This document shows, in pieces, positions 14,008-27,292 of a stretch of 64,000 nucleotides of DNA (positions are counted from its first letter, which is position 1; every line of letters begins with the position of its first letter). The stretch is from positions 11,346,001 to 11,410,000 of the forward strand of contig CP075492.1 in assembly GCA_021613535.1 (NCBI GenBank). The letters are read 5' to 3'. Made by a program: the position numbers and the translations under genes. The notes below the pieces were generated by a model that was given only the letters and a program-made list of their open reading frames with translations, did not search any database and was not told the DNA's origin. This DNA is from Adineta vaga. Its lineage: Eukaryota; Animalia; Rotifera.

Positions 14008-17000
14008 TCACAAAACTTGTACACGTTGAAGACGTTGAGTTAATTTTTCCGAAAGTGTTGAATCTGATGTAGATAATCGAAATAAAAGAAAGAGACCGAC
14101 TTTGTCAGCGGAAGCAATCCAACCATGAGTACCTGGATTGGGATTAAAACGAATCTAGACAACAACAAAAAAAATAAAGAATGTCAACAATGTTTGCAAC
14201 ATGAAATTTGAATTCGAAATTGTAGTAATTACCTTACGATATGTATGCACTTTATGAGTTTCATCCTGTTGAGGATCAACATTAGTACTTGCGTATTCCT
14301 AAAATATTTTCAAATTTTAATTGATCTATTTGATATGACAATAATTTATTCTATGTCGAGAGGCGTAAGAATGTACAATGTTATTGAATTGCTAACGAAA
14401 AGATTTATTAGATTAGAATAGTTAGTATGCATTTCTAGAATATCGAATCATCATATGATCGTTTATTGATTCAATTCTTAACTAAATGATCTACTGAACT
14501 TTTAAAAATGAGACTATTCGAATTTTCATACCGTTCTTTCAATAGCAATTTGAACACAATATTGACCTCCTGGTCCTTGATTGTATTCTAAAATCAAGTA
14601 AACAATTATCCAATAGATTCATAGAATGATCAAAATATTTACGTTGTATAGAAGAAGAATCTGTAAGATTTCCAGCCTGTGCACCACCTGCACCTGTTAG
14701 ATATGTAGATAATTTTGCGACGCACTAAAATTGAATAGATATATATATATATATTATTTTCGATATCATTTCTATCTTCTTACAACACTCTGTCGAAATT
14801 TTGGATTAGTTTGAGCCCAAGTCGATGAATCTCCACGTGCAATCCAAACCGTTCCTAAATATTTACTTTGTTTTTAAACTTTTATTCTATTACAAATTCA
14901 ATTCTTTACCGTCAAGATCAGCATAACCAACTGAATCAATCCATTCAGAATAATCCGAACTAACAATTTGCCAGGCTGATAACATTGATGTTTGCATATG
15001 ATTCGAAACATGTTGACCAGGTAATAAAATCGATTGTAGCGGCACCGAAAGTAATTCATTTTGATTACTAAAATGAAACAAACAGAAAAAAAGATTAATT
15101 CTCATATCATCGATTGGTTTGACTTACTTGGGATGTGCACAACCAGCATATAATGTATCATGAAATATTGATGATGCAAATTCACTTGCATTTGACCAAT
15201 GACGATAACAAAAAATATTTTCATCTCGCGTCGTCCATACTCTATAGAAAATAGAGCATTTCTTTTCTCTTTCATCGTAAAAAATGTAATTACATACGTC
15301 CAAGATTGTTTATTTTTTAAACTGATTGCGATTAAATGTTCAGAATTTCTTAAGAATTTTACATCTTGTATCGGAGTGTCTTCAACAAAAAATCTTCTCA
15401 CAGGATAGATCAATGAACAATTCGTTGTCTAAATAACATTTTTCATCTGTGATTTTTTTTTATCTTTCATAATAAATCAACACATACTTGTTCAACTAAT
15501 GATTTTGAATTTACTTCCCACATAAGAACAAGACCATTTTCATAACCTGCACATAACTTATTTGGATTTTCATGACACCAATCCAATGCTGTACATGAAC
15601 CATATTCTGCACAACCAATACTACCATCTTTACGTCGATTTAATGGTGGAACAAGTTGAGCTCCACTATTGATTGTACATAAATTTCTTGATGCACCATG
15701 TGGAACACCGAATATCAATACAATGCCTTGACTTGTACCAATTGCTAAATAACTTAAATATGGATCATTAGCAGATGGACGATCAGGTAACCATTTTAAA
15801 CATGTCACTTGACCAAAATCTGCAGCAACAGTTACATGAAGATTTGGTACATGTAAACTTTGTCTTAAACGACCACAGTTAAGTATTAAAAGTAACGTTG
15901 AACCTGGCGGAGAACGACGATCAGGATTTGAATAATTTCCATGTAATTGATTATTAGTATCATAAGACCATTGTTCAAGTGCTAGAGCAACATATTGACT
16001 ACCGATAACATCAACAGCACGTGGTAACCACTCGATACAACGAATAGGACGGCCAACATTAAGAACAATAACATGTGAAGCAGCAAAACTATCTAACGGA
16101 TTGAGAAATCGATCGCAGGAAAGCATCTTGAATAAAGAAGAAAAAAAAGAGAAAATTAACAATTATTTTCCGTATGTATTTTACTTACTCGAACACGTAA
16201 ACAACTAGCACCATTGCTCAAACAAGCAGCTGATTCATTTTCAGGTATAAGTTGTCCTATAGTGGTTGATGGTGCTGAAAATGGTATTCGACCATTGATT
16301 GGAAATTTATATCGACCAAAAGCAGCACGAAATGCACGATCATTAACACGACATGGATCATCTAAAAGCAAAATAAATAACATATACGCGATATATTTGT
16401 TCGTTTTATTGTACCTGGAGATGTATCATGTGTATCATCATGATAAAGTTCTAAATGATCACATACAGTGCTTACAGATGAAAACGGAATGCCACAAAAT
16501 TTACATATTGCCATAACTAGAAGATAAAAATAGTTTTAGAAATAAAAAAAAAACATCAATTTATCTTACCAGGTCCAAGTGGACAATCAGTTTTCAAATG
16601 TTCTTTTAACTTTTTTAATGCTGTAAACTGTGTTTTCCCTCGACATCGATGACATAGAATGAAACCTTCTGTACGTAAACGTGCATTGATTTCTTGTTCT
16701 TGTTCTGGTAATAACGAATCAGTAGCAAATTCAATATGCTACAAAATCAAAAGATGAATATTTTAACATGAAAATCTATTTTCTTCTTACTTCTCGCATT
16801 CTTGAACGAGCAAGTTCAGCCAATTCACTACTGATATCAACACCACGTGGTGATCGCATAGTAGGATTTTTATTTTGATCATTCTAGAAATCATATACAT
16901 ATATAAACTTTGTCATTGAACGCAAATTTCTATGAATTTTATGATCTTTACTATATACTTTTTTCTCATAAAAGTAACATTTGTCATCTCATAAAATATC

Positions 17001-18447
17001 TCATTGACATTTATTAAAACACAATATTTACTTTTATCATTTGATCATTGATAATAACTGGATTATTCATTGTTGGAGTTAATGCTACACCCGTCGGATT
17101 CATTAATGGATGTTTTGCATAATTTAGTAGTGGTGCTGGACTTTCGGAGGATTTTGTTTTCGGTGGTCGACCACGTTTACGCTATACATATTCGAAATGA
17201 AGAATAGAAATAAATCATTTATTAGACTTCAAACATACTTTTGGATCATTGTCGTTTTGATCAGATTTAATAATTGGTAATGACATATGTTGATTTAACA
17301 TAGATGATTGAATACTATAAGTATCAAGTCCTCGTGGTGAAACACCTGATGTCATTGTAAGCATTTGATTCATAAGTTGTGGTGGTGCTGCTGGTGGTGT
17401 TACATCAATGGAATTTTTCTTTTTCTTCTTTTTTTTCGAATTTGGTGTTCCACCAGGTGTTGTTACAGCTGGTTTACGTGATACATCGATTTTATCTACG
17501 GATAGAGTACTACCTTCTTCCGTACCCTTGAAAGGAGAGGACAAGAATAAATAGGATCAATCGATCATTTATTTTGACTTACATGTCGAGCTAAATGTGT
17601 ACGTAATGAACTTCGATCAGCTAATTCACTTCCACACATTAAACAACGAAAAAATGCTTTTGGATATGGAGATTTTGTACATGAATTATATAAATGATAA
17701 CGTATGCCTTCTTTTGAAGCAAAATCAACTGTACAAAATGGACAAACGAAACGTCCTTCACGAAATGTTGCTTGTCGTATAACATTAAAATGTGGTAAAT
17801 CAGGATACGAGAAAAGACCTGATTGATGTCGTATATGAGACCATGCTTGTGGAATAGGGATTAATGTCAACATTTCACGATGAATTTCAGCAATGTCGTG
17901 TTGACTTTTCGTAGTTGGTTGTTGTTGCTGCGGCTGCTGTTGCTGTTGTTCTTGCTGCTGGTGTTGTTGCTGAGGTTGAGATTGATCAATATCTGTTGAT
18001 GCCACTGAGGATCTGTATCCATTGGAATTGAAGAGGATGAAGGTACAATAACAAGAGGTAATTGAGATGGTTGATCATCGGGAATTCCTTCGTCAAGTGG
18101 TTCTTCATGTGTGGGGATAGATTGTTCATCATGTACTTGTTCATCCGTTGGAAGAGCTCCAACCGATTCATCATTCGGATTCGTATCTACAGTTGTACCA
18201 CCACCAGTTGCAATTAAGTGCATTAAACCACTAGAATCGATTGCATTATGTTGCTGTTGATCATCAGTAGACCTATATAAAATATCATTAAAAGATTTAG
18301 ATAATGTGTATAACTATGTTTTCTGTCTCTTCACAAAATTATTTACCATGGCCAATCATTTGTAGATGATTCTTGTTGATTCGATGATGATTGATGTACA
18401 TCATCCACAGAAGACATATGATTTGAAGGCGAATCTGGATCAGCCAT
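14008..18447 (-). CDS. GTF3C2: TFIIIC beta-like (GTF3C2-like) WD40 protein with N-terminal polyQ, two C2HC+C2H2 zinc-finger pairs and an AT-hook
   Basis: WD region VGRPIRCIEWLP..SQYVALAL..FGQVTCLKWLP..LAIGTSQGIVLIFGVPH..GSCTALDW..LCAGYENGLVLMW and C-terminal RFNPNPGTHGWIAS follow GTF3C2 as recalled. AT-hook RKRGRPPK at about 17159-17183. Exons join in frame where I checked them. Confidence 0.82.
17915..17975 (-). repeat. polyQ-encoding CAA/CAG repeat inside the GTF3C2-like gene
   Basis: Encodes QPQQQHQQQEQQQQQPQQQQP. Confidence 0.9.
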
Positions 18448-19206
18448 AGATTTTGTTCGTCGAGTTTTTTACAACATTTGTATTTGATGAAATTCCTAAT
18501 AAATGATTGCATAATGAATGATAGAATCGTAGAAAAATAAGATAAATCAATGTGCTCAATGTATTAGAATAATGTATCTTTATTTTCTTCTTTTCTTTTC
18601 CTTCGTCTTTTTTTAATTTCTTCTCCTTCTTTTTCTTTGCGCATAATTTTTCCGAAAATCCAGAACATAAGAGATAGAGAGAGAGAGAGAAAGAGAGAGA
18701 GAAAAAGAAGAAAGAGAAAAAAAGGAAAAAGACTCGTGTTTTCGCTTCTACTTTTTCTTCTCGTCGTTTGGTTTTTGTCCCTCTTTTTCACTCTCGTACA
18801 GATGTTAAATATCCCTTTCCTGTCTCATTGCTGACTGTCATCCTTACTATTAGTATATACTTGTTCGTTCTTCTTCACCACGGAGGAAACCAAGAGAAGG
18901 ATTGAAAATATGATTAAAAAAATCAACACGAGCGAATAAAAAAAATATCTCACTTTTTAATGTAAATCAGTGAATAAACCGACGAAAGATACAGAAGAAA
19001 AAAAGCATGAAGAAAGGGAAGAAGAGAAGCGCGTAAAGGTTATTGTTTTGCCATTTACGTTAACATTGATACTCTTTATCATAAATGACAAATATATTTA
19101 AAAAAAAAATGAGTCAATTTCTTTTTCAATAAAATTAATAATAAGTTTTTAATTGTAGAAAATTCTATCTATACCACATATTCTTAATGCATAAGTGAGT
19201 TATTTA

Positions 19207-19233
19207 CTGATTGGCTTATTTTCAACCAATCAG
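19207..19233. promoter_or_regulatory. Inverted pair of CCAAT (NF-Y-type) boxes in the divergent GTF3C2-like / Kelch intergenic region
   Basis: CTGATTGG (19207-19214) and CCAATCAG (19226-19233) are exact reverse complements, about 260 nt upstream of the Kelch ATG. Confidence 0.55.
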
Positions 19234-19487
19234 ATGCTTGGAATTAATAGTACACCACACCTTTCTTTTGCTTACTCAAATCTGGACTGGATTTATCGGT
19301 GCTACATAGGATTCCAGATATGAAACAAATTCTATCAGATGACTCTTACAAGTGAACCGTTTCATGAGATACATGTCAAGTTTTGTACGTAATAGAAATC
19401 AACATAATTGTAGATATTTTGTGTCGATGAATGAAGACGAATATTTTTTTTCTTAAATTCAGTTGTTAACCTTCGTTTTAGACAAAA

Positions 19488-21303
19488 ATGCATGTGCCAT
19501 ATAAATCATCTACTTCTCAAAGCGATCTTTTTCATCAAAATTTATGTGAATATCTCGATTCTGGTATATACTGTGATTTAACATTTACAGTTGGTGATAA
19601 AAACTTTCCATGTCATCGAATAATTCTCGCTAGTGCATCTGCATATTTTCAAGCTCTTCTCACACAAACATTCAAAGAAAATAGTCTCAATTCAATTGAA
19701 CTACATGATATTGATTCAGAAACATTTTCTCTTCTTCTTCATTATATTTACAGTCGCAAAATTGAGCTTGATGATAACAATGTTCAAGATTTATTAATCG
19801 CTAGTGATATGTTTCAACTTAATGAAGTTGTACATTTCTGTTGTCATTATTTATCAATTAGTTTAAATGAGAAAAATGTTGTAGATGTCTGGAAATTAGC
19901 TAATGAATTAGTATGTTTATCGTTGAAAGCTGATGCTGAACATTATTTATTAACACATTTTCGAAATTTACTTAAACTTGATATGTTGAAAACGATTCCA
20001 CGTGATTTATTGATAAAAATTATTTCAAATGATGATTTAATTGTCGATAATGAACAACAAGTATTTGAAGCAATTTTAACTTGGTATAGTAATAATATGG
20101 AACAGTCAGTTGATCAATTACTTGAAAATGTTAGATTTGAATTTATTTCCAAAGAACATCAAAATATTATTCTACAACAAATTGGAATTGTATGTTATAA
20201 AGTTCTTCGATTTTTCTATACTTTAGAAGAAAGATAGATTAGAATGGATGAGTATGTAGTTTTCTTTATTTTTTTAGACAAATCCATCCACAATACAACG
20301 AATCGAACAAAGTATTTCTCAACGTGAACGTTCAATGAATACTGGTTCAGCTCGACGTAGTTTAAAACAAATATGTTACATATTTGGTGGTTATGGTTCA
20401 TATATTCACGATATAAATTCTCATCTTTTAACATCATCCTATAGTTGTCAACTTAATACTAATGATAATTTATCATCTTATTCAATTAAAATCGAACAAA
20501 TTCATGGTGATGAAATGCGGTATGCAAGAATGCATCATCAAGTTGCCGCACTTGGTAGTTTACTTTATGTTGTCGGTGGTGAAGATGGTGAAAATATTTT
20601 TAATTCAGTTGAAATCTTTGATCCACTATCAAAAATTAATAATAAACAATGGATACAAACAAGTTCAATGATGACTCCACGTTGTAATTTTGGTCTAGTC
20701 GCTTTAGATTCGAATACATTATATGTCTTAGGTGGTCATATCGGTGCTGATATTACATCAACGATTGAAAGATTTGATTGTAAAACTAGTGTATGGACTC
20801 TATTACCATATGGACTGAAATCACCATGTTATGGTTTTGCTTGTGTATATATAAATGGATTGATCATATGTATTGGTGGTTCTTGTATATTTAACTTGCC
20901 AGTTAAAACAACAGAAATATTCAATCCAAAAACTGGTCAAAGTTATCTGTGTACAGATATGTTTGAAGCACGTACATTTTGTTCAGCCTGTCTTGATGAA
21001 GAAAGTGGAAAGGTGTTTGTTTTCGGTGGTGCCGATGTCAATGGAAATGCATTACGTTCTGCTGAAGTTTATAATACTTATCAATCTCGATGGTCTTCTT
21101 TACCACCAATGATATTCAATCGTATTAGTCCATGTGTATATCGTTTTGGATATTTGATCGTTGTTTTCGGTGGACGCACAAGTCTTCAGCAACATTCCGA
21201 GATATTGCAAACAGCTGAAATTTTCCATATACAAAAAAATATTTGGATAAGAATCAATGATATACCTCTTCATGTATACGGAGCAGCAACTATTCTTCGA
21301 TAG
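19488..21303 (+). CDS. BTB-BACK-Kelch (KLHL family) Cul3 adaptor, 2 exons
   Basis: CDLTFTVGDKNFPCHRIILASASAYF (BTB), BACK region NEQQVFEAILTW, six Kelch blades with GG motifs (YIFGGY, YVVGGE, YVLGGH, CIGGS, FVFGGA, VVFGGR). Confidence 0.95.
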
Positions 21304-21944
21304 ACATCTTATGTGTTTCTTTTTCTTACGTATACATGTAAAACAAAAAGTTTTTATTTTTTTAATGTGTAAAAACAATTCTAGTTATAAATCGAAATAG
21401 AAGAAGTATAAGTTTCTTGTTTTTGACAAAAAATATCTCATTATTTCAGATCGTTTAATATGATGAGCGTAGGAAAATGGAAAACATACTCTAACCAGAG
21501 TATACTTAGCCTGTAAGAAATCTGATAGAATTGTAACGAAACGTTGATAGATGAAGAAGAATATTCTCGCATTAATCGAAGGCAAAAGAACAGAAAGAAA
21601 AGAATGCGTATTTTGCTCGACTTTGCTCGATGGGAGAGAAGAGAACATTCTGTGTCATGTAATGTCATAGCAAATAGGTTGTAGAGTGTTTCTGATGTAT
21701 GCATTGCTTTTCTTATGGTGCGTTTTGCGTTCTTATCGAAGTGAAGGGCGATGTACCGAGTGTTAGGCTTTCTACGCGATAAATATAAAGCAAGAAATGT
21801 TTTTTTTTTGTATAGCTGTTTTTTCGCCACAGAAGCGTGCTCTTCTCCACAATGATTCAAATGCTCGAATTTTACTTGAATATAATTTTTCTTTCTTATA
21901 ACGGTATGTAGATCAATAGATCGTCCAAATACAAAAGTTTATCG

Positions 21945-22933
21945 ATGAATACGTGTCCAATCTATGGTGTACCCTGCAACAATATAACAAAAATATGTTT
22001 TAATACTGCAACCATATGTGATGCTCAATTTTTTCCTGGAAAACTTTGTGTAGAAGATTTAACCAAAGACGCATCAGTGAATAGATTTAAAATAAGATCT
22101 TCATCACCACCACTGGCGATTCCTAGATTGAAATTAACTGATGAATGCAATGGCTGTAGTCCTACAACTCCAGATGAATCGATAAAAGTATTACAGCCAT
22201 CATTAACTTCAATGAAATCAATTATTGTTCCAAGTTATCAACGAAACAAGTCTCAATCCGTAAAATTAACACATATTGATCTCGTTGATTTATGCCCAAA
22301 GAAAGGCGTTCGTTTTGCAGATGATTATGGTTCAGCTTTAAATCAAATTAAATTAATTACAACTGATGAAATACCACCTATACGCAATGAAGCCTTTACA
22401 CACTTACAAATTGATAATCACGAAAATCCATCAACAACATCTCTGTCTGAACGAACAAGAGTAATTAATTATATGCAACCACAATTTAAAAATCCCGTTC
22501 ATACGTCTGGTTTTAATGATCGTCTTTCACAACAGAAGATTGTTCTTGAACAAGCAGGTAAGCTCGATCTATGTTTCACTTTTTTTGTCTCTGTAACAAA
22601 TCAATTCTAGATGCAATCGATAATCGAATATATGGAACTGTAAAATTATTTTCCTGTAGTTTACATAAACAAGTAAGAATTCATTTAACAACAGACAATT
22701 GGTTATCTTCGAGAGATTATAATGCAACTTATATTCCTAATTCTTATGATGGTACATATGATCGATTTACATTTACAATAGATATCGAACGTGATCGAAT
22801 ATGTACAGGAAATAATATTCAATTTTGTCTTTGTTACGATTCTCTCGGTGGTCCAGAATATTGGGATAATAATCATCAACAAAATTATCGATTCGATTGT
22901 TTATCAAGAACAATACCTGATTTTAGTCTTTAG
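21945..22933 (+). CDS. PPP1R3: PP1 glycogen-targeting regulatory subunit (PPP1R3 family, CBM21 domain), 2 exons
   Basis: RVxF motif KKGVRFADDYG; CBM21 motifs IYGTVK, YDRFTFTI, EYWDNNHQQNY. Confidence 0.92.
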
Positions 22934-23150
22934 CTCAAAGTAACGGACAGCATTTTTATCATAGAATTCCCTTCAACTCACGTGACTTTCCTCGTGATAG
23001 TTTCTAGAGCCTCATTTTATTTTTCTCTCTATTACATGTACAGATGTTAATCTTCTTTTGATTTCAAAAATATATATTGACGATGTCTTTTCTTTTTCCT
23101 ATTTTGCTTAGTATATTAAATATACAACAATGACAAAAACAAACATTGAT

Positions 23151-26100
23151 TTATTTCGACTGTTCAATTCGTGCAATGAGTGTGTCACATAAATTTTGAT
23201 TACGATGTTTATGTTTAACATTACGAGTCTCATTAATGAAACTTTCTGATGCACCTTGAAGTTTTGTTGCAAATTGAATGATAGTATCTGAACAAAAAGA
23301 AAACAAAAACCATTACAAAATCTTATTCTTTCAATAGATATTTTATTTACCAAAAACTGCATTTTGTATTTGATTATTTTGATCATCCATATGTATTAAC
23401 AAAACTTTAGCAATGTCTTCTAAATGTGCACGATATAATTCAACAGTAAAATCTCCATGAAAAGCTTGAACATATGCATTTAATGTTGAACATACAGCAA
23501 GACGAATATCATCACTAACATCATCTAAGCGTTTAATTAAATCAGGATAAGCTTTATGTAAACGATCGTTGTCAATAGTACGAATAGCATCATCATTGGA
23601 AAATAATGCTTGAAGAACATAACAACTATTCATTCGTGTTAGACGATCATCATCATCTAACATTCCCAATACGGAAAGAAGAATTTCATTTGTTGATGAT
23701 GAACACTAGAGGAAAGAAAAACAGTACGAATGAAAGATCAATTAAGTAGGTAATTACAGTTAATGATTCTATAGACTTCTGATGTTATTTATAGAAAAAC
23801 AAAAAATTTTTCTATAGTCTTTAATGATATCTTACTTGTTCAAAACTAAATGAGTTTGCTTGAAAAAGCGACCAAAGTGTTGCGATCGCTGTTGCTCGTA
23901 TGGCACCTGCTGTTCGACCTGCTTTCCATTGCATATTTGGTAGAATACATTCATTAATTAATACTATTAAATGCGGAGTAATTGATGTTGTTTCTATATT
24001 TGAATCTGGTTCATCAATGAATTGAAGTAAATTTGCAATGATTAGTAGACATTGATTGCGTACTTCAGGATCACGATCCGGATTCATTATTGTACGTAAA
24101 ATGTCAACAATATCTTTTAGAAAACGTTGATTTGATGCTCCTAAAGATAAAAACTTTCTTTTCTTCCTATATTCATCTTGTCGAGTGATAATTATCGTAC
24201 CTGCTTGCATTATAAATGTTTCAAATATAAAACGATCACGAGTACTTCGTAACCAATCATTTGATGTTTGTTTTAAATCATCAAATAATTGATGAGCAAA
24301 TTTTTCATGAAGATCATTAACGGAACTACTTTGGAATGTTTTTAATGCTAAATCCTCTAATGTTTGTTTACACTAGAGAAAAAAAAGAAGATCATATGTG
24401 GAAATAAAAGATAAGAATATACTTGTTGTCGAAGTTCATCATTTTCAACAATTGATAAGAGACTTAGAACACATTTGAATATTTGATAAGCATAAGGTTC
24501 TAATTGTTGTTGACATTTATCGATTAGAAGACGACATATTCGTAAAAGTTCACTTTGAATTGGTAACTAAGAAAAGTATTTCAAATAATCAAAAATGATT
24601 TCTTTTCGCAGGAAAAAAAACGATATTTTACTTGGAAATTATCAGTATATTCAGCTTTTAGAATTGTTGCTAGTAATTGATCTAATATAGTTTGGGATTC
24701 GATAAGTTCATCCCAGGTAACACCTGTTAGAAGAGGAGCAATCAAACGAAGTAAACCTAAACTTGATGTTTGTTCAAAATGTGGTCGTAGTAGATTGAAC
24801 CAGGTTTTAATTGGAACAAAATATCCAATGTAAATTAACGATTGATTTACCTGAATAAATCGACAGAAGTTTCCATAGACATGTAATTCACTGTTTTACC
24901 TGTTGGCGAACAATAATTTCATCATCAACAATAGCTTTCGAACAAACTTGAAGTGTATCTTCCAGATGTTGAGTAATCGTTTCTTCAGCTTGCCAAGTTA
25001 GAATCGCAAGTAACTGTGCAGCTTTTATGCGTCCAGAAACAACCCAATCAGTTAGATCGTTACGAATAGCAGGAAGAATTCGAATTAAATTTCGTTTGAC
25101 TAATTCTCGACAACCAATATTTGGACGCGTTACTAAATAGAAAAGCATATGACTCTATAATTACTATTGTCCGTTAATCTTTAGAACTGTTATTATATTC
25201 TATATAAGACATCTTTTACGTACAATTCGGTGGATATTTCTTTGGAGAATGTGGAAAATTGATTTGATCTTTAAGATCTTCTTCATTTTCTTTTTCATAT
25301 TTTAAACCTAAATAACAATTCTGTATTAGATATCGTTCGCTTCGACTTTCAGCACTTACCAACATCCCACCAGAGTGAATCTGCTGCTTCACGAATTTCT
25401 TCAATCTCATCTGTATAACCGGTTAATAAAAGTGGTAACATCATATGAAAATATGAATATCGATCACGTAATTCAAGCATCCAAATACCAACAACATTAA
25501 TAACAGCAAGACGTACAGTACTTGTATGATCAAAAAATCGCTGAGCTAATGGTGATACACTTTCTTCAACAGATTTATTATTTCCATATCGAACAACATT
25601 TCCTTTTTTTTTGAAAAAAAAACAAAAACAAAAGTGATATGTCTATACAAATATTGAATCGAATTAAACACTTACCTAAAGCATTGATAGCTTCTACACG
25701 TATTTTTGCATGTTGATGTTTCATTGTTTCAATAATTGGTTTAACAAAACTTTCAGACATGAGATGAAATTTTTCATGACATTTTGCTGCAAGTTTCGAT
25801 GTTAATTCACAGCTAAGTTTTCTTACTTCAGGATATGGATCAACAATTGTTCGTTTTAATATTGTAACCCATTCATTTAAATACAAGGCTAATTTATTGC
25901 CATTCGGATAAATCCGACAAAGTTCAAATAGAATTGATACCGATTTTAGACGAATTTCTTCCGATGGTTCAATAATATCATTCATACCGAGTCGTTGTAC
26001 TAAGGCTGGTATGATTGATTGTAAAACTCTATCAATACCACTTTCATCTGTACAATATTTAGTGATGTACATAGAAATATATGTTAATGCAAGATCACGA

Positions 26101-26303
26101 TTTTTTTCTGCTTGATCGGAGAGAATTTTCAAGATAGATTCGATGATGTCTGATGGAGGTTTTAGATGATCATCGCTTTCATTTGTTGTTGATAATGAAG
26201 ATTTAAGATCATTGCATAAACTTTGAAGAGCTTTTTGACGAGTAATTTTGTTTGGATCAGAAAGAAGAACAATACTACGATTCATTTCACTTTCAGTTAA
26301 CAT
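23151..26303 (-). CDS. DNAAF5: Dynein axonemal assembly factor 5 (HEATR2), multi-exon
   Basis: EPSEEIRL, TIVDPYPEVRK, RPNIGCRELVKRN..DLTDW, PNMQWKAGRTAGAIR, YPDLIKRLDDVSDDIR, LLIHMDD; last exon ends ARIEQSK*. Confidence 0.93.
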
Positions 26304-26422
26304 CCTGAGAAGAATTTTATCGTTTTCAAATAGAATGGAATGGACTATAAAAATGATCGTTATCGTTACGAAAAAATCCAGAAATAACCATGACTTTCAT
26401 TCACAACGGTTTCTTCTTACTT

Positions 26423-26436
26423 GTCGTCATGAAAAC
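26423..26436. promoter_or_regulatory. RFX X-box upstream of DNAAF5
   Basis: GTCGTCATGAAAAC fits the X-box consensus GTHNYYATRRNAAC at all positions, about 120 nt upstream of the ATG of a ciliary gene. Confidence 0.7.
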
Positions 26437-27292
26437 ATTCTTATTCACATCGTAGATGTCATTGTACAACTTGCAAGTCTATCAAGTTAGTTATGATGAA
26501 TGAATGAATTCTGTCATATCTTTTATCATGATGGATACTCTCCTTACAGCAGAATAATAACTATAACGTCGTATGTCATGACTATAATGAAAAACTACAT
26601 CGATTGTGAAAGTGAAAGAAAGTGTTCTTAGAATCAAGGAGGAAGCAGAGGATTTCCAAGATTCCAAACCTATGTGTGCACTGTAGAAATCATTGAGAAT
26701 GCTACGAGTATAGAAGCGCCCATATTAGAGCTCGAATATAGGTCCTATCACATGGGTTTTTTTTAGAAAAATCTTTAAACATTAAATTATCACCATCTTA
26801 ACGAGCATTTTGGTTTAAAGACGATATATAAAAAAAACTGAAGATTCGAGGAAGAAACAATAAATGCGAACTCTACATTATGAATCTTGTTATTCTTATA
26901 CCTTAGTCGTACTTGATATCTAGAATTTTACTTGATCAGTTTACATCGTGCTTTTAAGATTAAAAAATTGACTTAATGAACTATAGACAACAGATGGTAT
27001 GTTTAGCTCAGTTTTTCGAATACCATCGTTGCATTAGTAATACTTTCGACAACCGTCGACATCTATTCACTCATTATTTTATATGATTATGTGCTACCGT
27101 CTCTTACTAATTCATATCGAAAGTAGCGTTCAAAATATAAATCGTCTGCCTTGACTCAAATAATCATTAGCCAACATCAGTAAGCAATATCCATCAAGTC
27201 ATTAAATTCGTCGATTAAGAAACAGAAAGTCCGAGCGATTGTGAGCGAACAAAAGGCAACGATCAGTTCTACTTCCTCATCTTTCAAATTGA

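Noticed and set aside
22978-22986. TCACGTGAC E-box/CLEAR-like motif
   Set aside because: It lies in the 3' UTR region between two convergent genes, and a single short match is not informative.
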